A DNA stretch of 64,000 bases from Octopus sinensis. Lineage: Eukaryota. Location of the stretch: the NCBI RefSeq assembly GCF_006345805.1, contig NC_043000.1:71238001-71302000 (forward strand), read 5' to 3'. Positions 24,810-38,118 of this stretch are shown here, piece by piece; the first letter of the stretch is position 1, and each line of letters begins with the position of its first letter. The notes under the pieces were generated by a model that was not told the origin of the DNA, did not search any database, and worked only from the letters and a program-made list of their open reading frames with translations. Made by a program: the position numbers and the translations under genes.

Positions 24810-25987
24810 CAAGAGGAAGAAGAAAAGCTCATAGGCTGACCAAGATACTCTCATGGAATGTGACCAAATGAGGTTTATTTTTCAACAAGCACCCCTTGTG
24901 GTCCACACACTTATTCCATCAGTGTTGCAGTGCTTGGATCACATTTGTAAAGAAGCTTTCATTCTGTTGCTCAAAAATCTCATCAACAATAGATATAATG
25001 TCATCATTGATGCGATACTATTTTCCAGCCAAATGTTTTTCTATGTTGGGGAAGAGATGATAGTCAGATGGGGCCAAATCAGGAAAATAGGGAGAGTGAT
25101 CAACCAGTTCAAAGCCATAGTCACATACAGCAGCCATTGAAACCAAGAATTTGTGTGTTGGAGCATTGTCCTGATGAAACAAGACCCATTTTGTCAGTTT
25201 TCCTAGCTGTTTCATCTTGATAGTCTTTCATAACTGTCTCGGCAAGTTAGCATAGTACATTCTATTGATGGTAATAAACACAATGTCTTTTGCATCCCAA
25301 AACATTAAGTCCATTACTTTCCCTGCAGATGAAACAACCTCGGCCTTCTTTGGAGCAGTATGGATTGTTTCTTTGTCTCTGGCTTAAAGTAAAGAAGTGA
25401 ACACTTGTCTTGGGTTAGGAAACATTCAAGGAATCCAGCTGGATCTGCCTCAAACTATGTTAGATTTTTCTGTGATGTTATTAGCCTGATGCACTTTTGA
25501 TCAGATGTCAGAAAACATGGCACCCACTGAGCAGAAACCTTCATCATGCTAAGTTCAATGTGTAGAATATTTTCAACTCTCATGGGATATGCTATCAATG
25601 GCTATTTGATTTATAGTCAGTCGCTTGTCATCCATTACCATGTGGTGAATTTGATCAATGTTTTCCTTGGGTCATCTTCTCCTTAAATTCAGTTGCTCAT
25701 TTTTGCACTGTTGATAAAGTTGGAATGTCATCCCCTAATGTAACAATCATGTCAGCATGAATGTCCTTGGGGCTAAATCCTTTTTCTGTAGGTATTTGAT
25801 AACCTCACAATGTTCATTTTCATGAGAAGTCGCTACTTGCTACTTTTGAAGTCTTCTTTGAACAGTCAGATGTCAGTTTACCTGGAAATAAACAATGCAG
25901 TTATTAATAAGAAGAGTTGAAATTATTGCATGCAAAATTTCACAGCTCTAGCATCATTGAGCTTATGAACTTTTTGGCCCACCCTCA
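24810..25987 (-). mobile_element. Degenerate mariner transposon
   Basis: Transposase remnant LFHQDNAPTH...DHSPYFPDLAPSDYHLFP (ORF 25018-25215); degenerate TIRs (AAAAG(C/T)TCATA(G/A)GCT) and TA at both ends. Confidence 0.88.
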
Positions 25988-28900
25988 TATGTTGTGTTTT
26001 CATGGCATTACCACTAGAGAAGTTATCCAATTCAAATGAAGACCTATATATTGAATCAGTCTGATATTTGTCAGACATTAAAGCTTTTAGTGAAGTTCAT
26101 GAGTTTGATATATTCATATGCTATAGGAAGAAGAATCAGATACTTTGGGACTAACTCTTTGTCTGAAAAGACAGAGAGAAAGAAAGTATTTAACATTTCT
26201 AGATGAAAACAATATTGTCCATTATGTTTACGTTATTTTGGTAAGATCTGGAATCCAAAGAAAGTAGTGGTCATTTATTTTTTCTCATTATGATCATTTG
26301 ACCCCAAAATACATATACTGTAGTGAAGATAAATATTCTGAAGTCAACATTAAGCACTACTCACCAGTGATTAAACCATTAACAGGAGTAAGATACCATT
26401 CACAATATAATCATATACATGATCATAGCTAAATTTGAGCTCTGATATTCCACTATCCCACCTGCTAAGTATATTCCATCTCCTTAGCTTTTTTTTTTTT
26501 TTTTAATACAAGGCTGACTATGTTTTCATGTGCTGAATTATTATGCTTTTGAAGTGTCCTATAGAATTTTTAGTGATGAATGCACTTGTTACAGTTGTAT
26601 TTTATGAAACTAAGTAATTTCCTGTGTATGTATGTAAATTTTAATTAGTTATCTTGCTTCAATGAATCCAGTTCACCTTGGTGATTCAATTTTGTTCTGA
26701 AGCATAGAGTGAATCTATCTATTTTGAATTACATGGAATTAGTTTTGAAAAAAAAGCATTATTTTAAATTTCAGTAAGCATTTTTATCGTTGTGGATGTG
26801 CAATCTGTGGTACATTTCTTTAAATATCATGCAGAGCATGTATACTTCAACTATTTTATGGTGAATTGGGGGATTCTCAACATGGTTGTTTGATCTACTA
26901 AAAATAGCTGCTTATCTTCCTCAAATTTTGATGTACTGTCTTAAAAAAGGGAGAAACACTATAATTAAATGAAAAGACCGAAAGCTCATGAAAGCTAGAA
27001 TAGTTTTGATCCTGGGTTTGCTCAGTCATGGCCGATATGAGTCTAAAAAGTAACAACTCGCACAAACATAGACCCTCACTCTAGCACGGACAATATTGAA
27101 ACATACAAAGCTTATACTAAAAAAGTCCTTGTGTACATACATACATGCACACACACATATGGATTAACATTAGTGTAATTGAATATACATTAATGTTAAT
27201 TCAGCTGGAATATCTTTGATTGTAGATTAGTTCAATTAGGATTGACTTAAAACAAATATATTGGATTGTTTGCATAGCAGAGGCCATTGTTCCTTAGTCA
27301 ACATCATGTCAAATTGTATTCATTGGTATATGTCCAAAATTAGTGGTTTGCAGAAGTCTTTTTCTTAGGGAAGGTTGTTTTCCTGTTCTGATGCTATGTT
27401 AGATGCTTGTGTCCATAATAAGCATATGTTATTCTGAAGATGGTAATTGTGATAATATTCCGACAAAATACTCTGCCAACTACCAACCAATTACTCTTAC
27501 TTGCAATATCTCAAATATAATAGAAACAATTGTAAGCAATTACTTCTTTTACCCTCTGAATCTTTTAGGACATCATTTTTGCTGTAACAGGTGGGTCTTC
27601 CCAGGCTCAGCAAAATGCTAAAATCATCATCCTAAGCTCACTCAGTTACGTACATGCAAGGCCCTATCCCAACCATTTTCCTCCCTCCCCCCACCTATGG
27701 TACTACTTGGCTGCTGCACTCACCTGAGAGCACAATTAGCACATATTTCATTTCATTTCCTCCCTAATGGTCTCCCCTCTTCCACATCATCCCTACCCAC
27801 ATTATTTCAATCATTCACCCTCTTTTTATGCCTTCAACCACTGCTCTCTCTCCCGCTCTGCTATACTCCATTTTAAACACCTCTCTTATCTGCATTCTCA
27901 ATGCCCTCCCATATCTGCTAACATAACTCACGTACTATAGTCCCATATGTTTCCATCTCCAGTGCTCCTACACCTTGAACATTTTGTTCTGTTGTCCTTC
28001 CTGATACACTCCTAAAACTCCTACCTAACTCCTCTCCATACTCATATTTCCCATCATCTGCACTCCTACCCTTTCTCATCACTCACTACACTAACCTCTA
28101 CTTCCACCTGTTTACTCTGACTTCCCACTCCTATCAAAGCATCCACACACTCATCCCATCCCATGACCAACTGTCAGGATGTCTTTTGCTCAATTTCTTA
28201 AAGCTACCCACTTCCACATTCCCCTCCTAAGTATTTTTTCTCTTAGTAGTGGAAGCTTTTCCCTTTCCTTTTCAGCCCATGCTATCATGGAAAGTGGATG
28301 TTAAGATAAGGATGATGACGATAAGGATGATCCCTTTGAAACTCTTTCCCTCCTTATTAACCACTAGTATGGTTTCTGGGGAGCCAGATCACCTAGAAAT
28401 TTACTCTTCTGTTTCACTTTCTAGTAGTCTGTCACTCTTAGGAGCTTCAGTGAAAGTATTGTTCTTGCACTTGATGACAGCAGAGCCTTTGACTGTGACA
28501 GGTAGGAGAATCTTCTGGTTAAATGTAACCATATGGCCTAGTAGATGAAAGTTAAGGGTTAAAGATTTCTAGTTTCAGTCAAGTCCAATACTATGTGCAT
28601 ATCTTGGCTTAAAACATTTGATGATGACTGGAAATCAAACTAGTTGAAAGGCAGTGAAAATGTAAATATTAAAAAAGTGTTTCCTCACTAAAAATGAAGT
28701 TAATAATTTGAAAATTATCTTGATAAAAGTTGCCACAAATCATATATTTGATCAAGGTTTATTGTGTTTTAATTACTGGTGGGAACACTTAATACTTTAA
28801 AATAGAAACAAATGTCTTTTACAGTTAAATGCTTTATTTTCACTTGTACATTAATATCAAAATATCAACAATTATTGTTACTACTTTAAATTGATAAAAG

Positions 28901-29257
28901 TTTAAATTTGAAGATGTAATAGATAGGAGAAAGGTCAAAATAAAATAAACTATTTGATATTATGATTTTAATAAAATAATTGTGCAATATATTGTTGAAT
29001 GTTTAGTAGTGAAGTCACAAAGGTCTTTTCTATTTTATTTTTGTAAACAGCACTTGATGTGTTACTCTTTAGATAGTGTTATAATGTTATTCATAAATGT
29101 ATTTTTTTGTTTATTATTCCACATTCAGCAATGCTACCTCATTTACTTTCAGTTCTCAGACCATGATTTATTGCTGTTTACAGACTCAACCATTTAAAGC
29201 TAAAAAGATTTGTGATATTATTCACAGAAGCTACTGTTTCCCTCTGTAGCCATTATG

Positions 29258-29474
29258 GGCCATCTTTCGTTACAAGTCCTGTTACTGTCAAACTGGAGCA
29301 CATGCATTTGTTTACATTTGAAGAAGAAGATCGTCGCTTTCCGTAAAAGTTTTTAATTTTTTTATAAATGTGGAGGGAGGAAGGACATCTTTTCAAGTCG
29401 GCGTAAAAGCAAAACAGAGTGCGATTGGATCAGGGAAGTTCTTTTGAAGTTGGCGTGAATCGGAAGAATTGTTG

Positions 29475-29546
<72 letters not shown>

Positions 29547-30263
29547 AGAGAGAGTGTGTATGTGTGTGTTTGATGGGGTGTGCAAGACAGAAAGTGTGGT
29601 GTGTAAGTGAAGTGCTTTTGTTAGTATGTGTGAAAAGATAGAGAGAGTAATGCTGATACTGTGTGTGTATGTGTGAGAGAGAGAGATAACTGAAATTTTT
29701 GTATTCACTTTTTGTAGTGAGTGAATGTGTGAGTGACTGACAGAAAAAAGGAGAGAGAGGTTATGTATGTATGTATGGTTTCAGTGACACACGCACACAT
29801 GCAGGTTGTTATGTATGTATGTATGTGTGTGTGAATGGCTTTAGTGACACACACACACACAAACACATACCTACACACACCTATTGCATACCTTTTTTTG
29901 TACGTATACATGTGCGTGAGAGAGATAGAAAGAGACAGAGAGAGAGAGTATGAATCTGATCATAAAATCGCCAATAAACATTAAAAAAAATAAACCGAGA
30001 GAAAGAAAAAGTTAGCAGCAGGAACAAAATTGAAGCACTCACTCACACACACACAGACAGAACGCCAACTTCAAAAGAACTTCCCCGATCCAATCGTGCT
30101 CTCTCTGTTTCGCTTTTACGCCGACTTGAAAAGATACCCTTCCCCCCACCCTGCATTTATAAAAAAATAAAAAACTTTTACGGAAAGCAACGATCTTCTT
30201 CAAATGTAAGCTAATGCATGTGCTTCGGTTTGACAGTAACAGGACTTGTAATGAAAGATGGCC
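29258..30263. mobile_element. Mutator-like (MULE) non-autonomous element, about 200-bp TIRs, 9-bp TSD
   Basis: GGCCATCTTTC... and ...GAAAGATGGCC termini; flanks GCCATTATG / GCCTTTATG (8/9); interior mostly GT/GA microsatellite. Confidence 0.85.
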
Positions 30264-31390
30264 GCCTTTATGCATTGCTCCTATCAATTTCATAACTATT
30301 GCTCATGTATTTACAATAGTTTCAGGAAAATTTGGGCACTGTTTCTGTGTTGTACAATGAGAGTAAAATGTGTTATCAGAGACAAAATATAGCATCTGTG
30401 ATACAATGGGAATAGAGGTCTTTTTCAACTATTTTAATAACTTTACCACTTTATAGTTCTTTAGCTGTGTACCTTCTATTGAAATATTAATTTTTAACTG
30501 TTATTTTTCTTAAGTATGTTGATAAAAAAACACAAAACAGCAGTTCGTCTTAACTGAAGATTTGGGAATATTATTCTTTGTAATTAAATTCCATTATTTT
30601 GTGTGGGGGTTTCATTGATACGTAATGTTTCCTTGTCATATTCAGCCAGCCAATTCTCTGATCATCTTTGTGGTCAGCAACAATATTGCTGCTGCTTTCA
30701 CCCCTTCTCTTCTTCCTCCATTTTTCATGTTTATATGGTAATTTATGTTTTATATATACTTCATTTTGTAGCAGTCAAAGCTTTTACCATTCCATTCATT
30801 ATCCTAAATGTATTAAATAAATTTGTAACAGCTTTGTTGGTTACAATTTTCCAGCTTGATCATTGGCTCACTGCATTTTCTGAGTGGCAAGGAAGAGAAA
30901 GGGTTATAGAAAAATACCTCTAGGGATTTTGTTTATTAACCTTTTTTTTCTCTTGCTTGTATTTATAACCTTAGCTGCTACAGAGAGGGGGTTGAGAGAT
31001 AGAGAGAGAGGTTTCTTTATAGTTTCCATTCGACTGAATTCTGCTCATTGATGTTGGTCAACCTTGAGCTATGGTAAAAGAGACTTTCCCAAGGTGTCAC
31101 ACTTTCAAATTGAACTTGGAACCATGTAGTTGCAAAGTGAGATTCTTAACCATACAGCCATACCAAGTTTTGATGTTCAGTTTGTTTCCATGTAATATGA
31201 AATTTGTATAAAAATTGTTTTAATGTGCTGGTGGCTGGTGTTAGGAAGGACATCCAACTGTAAAAACCATCCAAAACAGGCACAGAAGTCTGGTGCAGAC
31301 TCTTCCTGGCCAGCTCCTGTCAACTTGTCCAGGAAGGCAAATGATGATGATGACGATGTTGGAGATATGTAAATTGGGATTCACCTACAG

Positions 31391-31641
31391 CAGTTTTTCT
31401 CAACCATTTTTATCTCTTGACCCCTTTGATTCCTATTATACTCAGATGACTCCTCATAGCCATTTGATGTTAAAAAAAATCCTGTTATATTTTTCATAAT
31501 TAAATATTATCAGGAATTGTATGAAAATAATTATTAAAATATTCTGTGTATTGTAGAAGTATGACCAATTTATAGCATAAATTTTAAGAAAATCTTATAT
31601 GGACCCCCAAGGACCATAACAACCCTGGTTAAGAACTACTG
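31391..31641. mobile_element. hAT-family MITE
   Basis: CAGTTTTTCTCAACC ... GGTTAAGAACTACTG TIRs; 8-bp flanks ACCTACAG / ACCTACAA. Confidence 0.78.
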
Positions 31642-34600
31642 ACCTACAACATATATTTCTTCATAAACTGGAACATTTGATATCAATTTGTACCCTAGAT
31701 AGGAAAGCCTGTTACTTTTTTTCTATTTCAAATTGGTTATTATAATAATAATAAATTCAATCACTGGAAAGTAATTGATTTAATGATTAGTCTTTACAGT
31801 AGATGTATCTAATGGTAATAGTATCTAGTTGGTCTGTTCTTTGACTGTTGTTCCTATATATATGTGTGTGTGTGAATACATACATCTTGTTTTTGATCAA
31901 TCTGTCCTCTGTCCAGGCTAATTTTTTTATGTTGAAATTTCCAGTTGGTCTGCTCTTATTAAATATTTATCACTCATTTTCTTTTATAGAAAGTTTCTAT
32001 CTAATTGGTATATTCTGTTGCATTTTTTGTGTAGAAATTTTTTATTCAGTTGATCTTCTGTTCCTTTATATTTCATTAGCTTTCATATATAATCAAATCA
32101 GGCATCTTTTTGTTTCTACTACAATCAGAAAGATTTACCTGTCCCCAGTATGTCGCCAAACTTCTCCGAGGAAGTCCAAAAGCTGCCAGTACTGATGCTA
32201 TAACAAATAATGTAATTTGCTAACCCTGATACAGTGGTATTAACAAAACTAATTGAAAATTATTACTGAAAAATCTTATGAGATGGAAAAATACATATTT
32301 TATTACTTTATATCATTGGAAGTATAAAGTCCATTGGCTAGTCTACATTTATTGGATTGTTATTTCTGTACATCAGCATTCTCATTCTGTAGATTGCATG
32401 ATTTGAAAATGGGACTGGATGATACAATGTGGATGCTTGTTATGTGTAGATCCAAACTTGAAAAGTCCATTGTAATTTTTGTTAAATAAAACAAATATAT
32501 TTAGATGTTTGCATGCTCCAATTGAAATGTCTGCTTACTGATAAGTCTCATAAATTTCTGAAGACATAAATCAAGTGTAATGCTTAGAGGTTAATATTCT
32601 TTTTTACTGCTTTCAATCATTGAACTGTGGCCATTCTGGAGCATCGTTTTCTTTGTTTTTAGTCAATCATATTAATTCCTGTACTTATTTCTGACTGGTA
32701 CTTACTTTATTGATCTCTATTTTCAAATGGCAAACTACTTTTAAAATAGAGAGATGCAACTTTCTACATTACACACATGCACCACTGCCCATACAAACAG
32801 GAATATCATTAAGTCTCATTTGTAGAGCATCCACAAAGCTTACTCGAGAAATTGCAGTGATGGTTTATTGTTACCTTCCTTCAGAGTCTATCCCTTGTGG
32901 GTACATGAATTGTATGATAGAAACAATTCACCCAGTCAAAATTAGTTGTAAGGATACTATCACAATACTATTGACAAAGTGGCTCAGAGGTTAGTGGCAG
33001 TAGAAAATGTGTGAATGAAAACCTGTGAGGTTTCTATCCACACTAAAGTGGAATAGTTAACATTAAACCACATCGCAAAATTAATTTTAAAAAAACCTAC
33101 AAATACACCATCTCCAAATTGTTATTTGCAGTTCTAATGTAGACATCAACTGATATGGGTTTAAATATTTTAATTTCTGTGTTAATTGAATGTTTGTTTC
33201 AATGTAACAGTGGACAAGGTCATGATCTTCAAAGATGATAATTGATTGAATCCTGCTCACAGCAAAAATAAGTATATACTAATCACAATTGCATAATTTG
33301 TTAAAGGCTGAAGATACCCAAACACATTGAACTGAACATGATAATATAATGTAGATGAAATAAGTGTCCATGTTTTGTAACTAACTTTATAAGTATATAG
33401 TAATGAAACCTCTTTACAATCATTATGGGATTTTAAATAGACTAAAATATTTAAAATTTACGCATAACTTTGTGATAACCATGTGTTGCCTGGTTCAGTC
33501 TCATTGCAAGGCAACTTTGGTAAGTGTCTTCTACTATAACCTTGAGTTAACTAATGCCTTGTGAGTGAAATTTGAATGGAAACTCTATAGAAGCTTGTTG
33601 TGTGTGTATATGTGTAATACACACACACATAACAAGCTTCCATAGTGTATGTGTGTGTGTGTGTAATACACACACATACACACATGAATGTGCTATTCAT
33701 GTCTCTTCCTATTGACACCATTCTGCAAACAGTGACAATATTTGTCCCACACAAACAAAAAGTAATGCTCATCATTTGTGTGGAGTCAGGCAGTAAAGTC
33801 CTCATTTGAAAAAATAAGTAGGAGATGAAGGACAATGGAATACAATCTTTAGAAATCTCTCTAATATATAGATTGGCAGAACTGTTAGGGCATTGGACAA
33901 AAGGTTTTGTGGTATTTGTCATGGTTATTTGCATTCTGAGTTCAAATTCCGTTGAGGCCAATATTACCTTTCATCCTTTGAAGATCAATAAAAATAAAGT
34001 ATCAGTCAAGTAATTAGAATTGATGGTTTTGACTTAACCCTTCTCTCTCAAAATTACTGGCCTTGTGCCTTATTCAGAACCCATTATCATTGTTGTTATT
34101 GTTATAACTAAGTAGCATGTAAATTTTAAAATACAACTTGCTTTAATGTCCAAAGATCTTTCTAAGAGTCGTCACATATATTCACAAGGCTATTGCCAAC
34201 ATAAATAAGGGGGAAAATCCATAAGGCATCATAATTTTCTCAGTGACATTCCAGAGGTTCCCATAATACTCTTTGAGTTTTGCCATAATCCATTGACTTT
34301 TCAGTCCAGGTTATTTAATTAATGAAGTACTCATCAGTTTTTCAGAGTGTCTTTGCTACCTGTAATGAGAACTAAATGGATTAATGCAGCAAGAGTTAAG
34401 TATATTTGCAAAGAATGATGATGGAATACTAAGTGTTGGCTTTTCAACAAGTAGGCTGGTAAACTGAGTTATTTGTTGTTGATTGTTATTCTAATTTCTT
34501 TTCACTTTTCAATTGCCACTGTTTTTACTTCATATTCAAAATGTATTATGTTAAAAGTTAAAAAATACAAGAACACACCTCTTGAAAATACTGGATTGAA

Positions 34601-34746
34601 AGCCTAAATACAATTGCTCTTTCTTCGAGACTGATTCTAAACTGATCTATAAATCTAATAGAAAATAAGCTCAGGAATTTGTATTTTTACTGTGTTTTCA
34701 GGTACACTGCTCTCTTTTTCATGTGTGTATGTGTGTGTATTACCTT

Positions 34747-34814
<68 letters not shown>

Positions 34815-35287
34815 ATCTATCTATCTATCTATATATCTATCTATCTCTTTGTCAGTCCATGAGTTAGAGAAAGAGAGTATAATTTTATTTATATGTACCT
34901 GTACAGATATATATGTATATAAAATGTGTTTGAGAATAAAAGATGTATCTAGTCTTTTCCATAACTTTTAAGATAACTAATTATCTTGAATTATTCAAGT
35001 TGATAACATCTATGTTGGATGAAACTTAGGAGTATATATTTATGATGCTATAACTTACATCAATTTCAATTCACTTTTGTCTTAAGAAATCATTTGTGTA
35101 ACAGCCAACTATATATTTTCTTATCTAATTCTTCAATTCTGTTTTTCATTCATATAATCAGATTGGAATCAGGATTCACAAGCTAAATGATAACAAAGTT
35201 TAAACTTGAAACTTCTGTGTGTTTTTATCTATTAAATTTGTATTTTACTATTTTTATTCATTAGTTTGACTTACTCTTTTTTTCTAG

Positions 35288-35716
35288 TTGCACCTAAATC
35301 TGATATCAGAAGAGCTCAGTTTAAAGGGAGCAAATCAATGCCTCCTATTGATACCTCATCTCCAGGACCAATCACTCAACCTATTAAAGATGCTGAGGAG
35401 AGTCCATTTCTTACATCCATGTTATCTTCATCTACTGACAGACCAGTGGACTCATACAACTTGCCTCTAAAGTATCTTCTTCAAGTGACTGATTCAGAGT
35501 TACAGAACATGTCACGTCAGGTGCCAACTAGTCAAAAAATGTCAATGGCTGGTGATGGCACAACTGCTATCACTCAGCTTGTTTTGCGTCCTGTATCTTC
35601 AGGCCAGTCAAATGTGCTGCAAGATAATGTAATTTTATCTGATATTATCAAGATACCTGTTTCTGAGAGAGGAATAGAAAAGTATCAGTTAAAACCTGAT
35701 ACCATTGAATCACAAG
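35288..35716 (+). CDS. shn: shn coding exon (APKSDIRRAQF...PDTIESQ), 429 bp
   Basis: TTTCTAG acceptor, CAAG|GTACTG donor, inside ORF 35266-35748; phase 1/1 matches exon 38119. Confidence 0.85.
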
Positions 35717-36019
35717 GTACTGTGAACTTTATGCACTTATGTTATTGATTTCATTTTATGTACAAAATTCTTTTTGTGTAAGTAAAAATAGGTGAATTAG
35801 TTGACTTTATAGTTGTATATTATTGGTATTTGTTGAATTTACCTTACAAGGATGAAATGCAAATGTAATCTTGATCATAAATGTTTTCAAATCTTGATGT
35901 CCTTCCAAATACTAATCACTCAGCCATGAAGGAGGAGTGCAAATTAAAAGTAATGTGATTTTAACTTTGACATCAGTAAAGCCTTTGATTGTGTCTTAAA
36001 TGCACCAATCAAAATTTTC

Positions 36020-37000
36020 TACCCACCAGCTCCACGCTTTTGTTACCTTGAAGTGGTAGCTTTTGATCAGATTGCACCATCGCAACATGTGTTGAAACAG
36101 TTCTTTCTGTCCAACTGTCAATCAGTTCTCTTGTTCCCCAAAATTTGGTTTTGCCCTCCAGTCTCTTCAGCTTTACACCAATGGTCTACTTGCTTCCACA
36201 TCCAACAGTACTTATTTTTATGCAGATGGTATGACCCTTCATTCCTCCCTAACTTACCCTGAACATACATCATCTATATGCAACCCAGACACTACATGCC
36301 AAACTTGCATCAATTCTCTGAATGGTGAGCATCCTCCTGTGTGTTCATGCCAACTTTTTCTCTTCTAACAGAAAAAATTTTAAGCAGTACACATACAAAA
36401 ATAATACAAGTGCATCACCCCCCCCCCTAAACCTGAGTAATATTCAGCTAGAATCTTCGCATTCACTCCAAGTACTGGATCTTACTATTACCTAGGATAT
36501 ATCTTTGCAAAAGCATATCCTTAACTAAGATTGCATCTCAAAGCCTGGCCCTTTCTCCCCAAGGCCTGAAAATATTTCAGTTCCCAACAGTTGCTGACAC
36601 TCCACAAGGCTCAGGTGAGGCCTACATTTGGAATGGTGTTGCTGCTATGTTCACAGATATTGTGGTGTTCAGAGCTGGTTGACCTTGTAACTCCACCACT
36701 CAGGCATCCCTGATCCACTTGTATCTCCACCTCTTTTCACTTTTGTTGCATTGAATCTCATCTTGCCTGGTCCTTCCTTTCCAAAATATTGTCCTTCTGA
36801 AATTCTTTCCCTACTCATGTCTTTCCTGCAGGTTTTGACCTGCAACACTTTAAACTGAACATTAACAACATCAAAACTCATCAGTCTTAGAGGGTCTATA
36901 AAAGCCATGGGAACTCCCATTCTCTCTGATTCAACAAATGAAAAGAGGATTGTGCACAGCTATGTATTTTGCTTAGATGCAATGCTCAGTGTCTTTAGCA
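36020..37000 (+). mobile_element. Old CR1/L2/Jockey-group LINE RT remnant
   Basis: Decayed VPQ...LF, YADGMTLHSS and LLTLHKAQVRP motifs on + with stops and frameshifts. Confidence 0.6.
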
Positions 37001-37081
37001 ACATTTTAAAATAATGTGTTATTGCAGTGGTTGAAGAACTATCACAAAATTGTGCAATGATATGCAAAATTGGTAAATATA

Positions 37082-37129
<48 letters not shown>

Positions 37130-37139
<10 letters not shown>

Positions 37140-37527
37140 AAGCTGAAGTTGCCTGTGTGTGTGTGGCAGGTTTGGTAGCCTTCAACTAACACTATCTCCT
37201 CCGAGACCTTGCGGTGCAAGTTGACCAAAATTGAGAGTATGATAGAAGGCTTGCTCTTCATTCCATACAAGAAAAAATTCAAATCAGACCATGTTAAGAC
37301 CAAAAATTATTTACATCAAAAAGGTGCTTTTTTTCTATGAAAATCCCTATTTTTTACGATTTTTTTTTACTGCTGTGTCACCATTTTTCAGTGTATTTCA
37401 ACCAGAAAAATGTTCACTTAAAAGAGAATAACAAACTACATAATGCAAAATTTTTACTTTTCGAAAATTCCAATTCTAAAGGGTCAAAAAGAAAACAAAC
37501 CTGAGCAGCGCCAGGCTATACTGCTAG
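37130..37527 (+). mobile_element. Non-autonomous Helitron
   Basis: Ends with CCTG..CAGG hairpin (37500-37515) then CTAG|T; 5' end merges into (TA)n. Confidence 0.7.
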
Positions 37528-38118
37528 TAATAATAAATAATATCCCTTTATAATATTAAAAATCATTATGAAGCACTTTTAAATTGGCTATAGAATTGAT
37601 CCTAATACCCATAGAGCTTTGGTAATCTTTGGAGTGATTATTTTTTAAAATTTCTTAACAAGATTAAAAGGAGTAATACCAAGAATTCCCAAACTTGTAG
37701 GTTAGGTGTAATTAAGTTTCTGGGTGATATATGTAGGATAATGGCAATGGTTCATGACATTACTATCAGATAGTTTTGGTCAGTTCTGATTATAAAAATT
37801 ATGGAACAAGAGTGAGTGGCAAAGAAACTATATCTAATATACCAGGCAAATTTGATTTATTTTTGGTTACTAATTAAGCCTAATGAAATTTGAACTTATA
37901 ACTGCAAGCTACCAAATAACTTGTAAATTATACAATCTAGGTCCTACCAATAATTCATTGTCTTGTATTTTCTAATTTTTATAGCAGTTTTGTAACGTGT
38001 GTATGTATGAAGTATGAGGAAGAGGATAATCATTTACTAATTGGATATATATGATTATTGCTTTCTTTCTTAATTTTTCTTTTTGAGATTTTAAAAAAAT
38101 ACTATTATTACACTTTAG

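Noticed and set aside
28309-28329. GATAAGGATGATGACGATAAG encodes DKDDDDK (FLAG-like)
   Set aside because: Lacks the Tyr, lies in a frame that soon stops, and there is no vector context; chance GAT-rich sequence.
32129-32211. Exon-like segment (CAG|AAAGATTTACC...AAT|GTAATT)
   Set aside because: Available donors give phase 0, incompatible with the phase-1 acceptor at 35288; weak signals.
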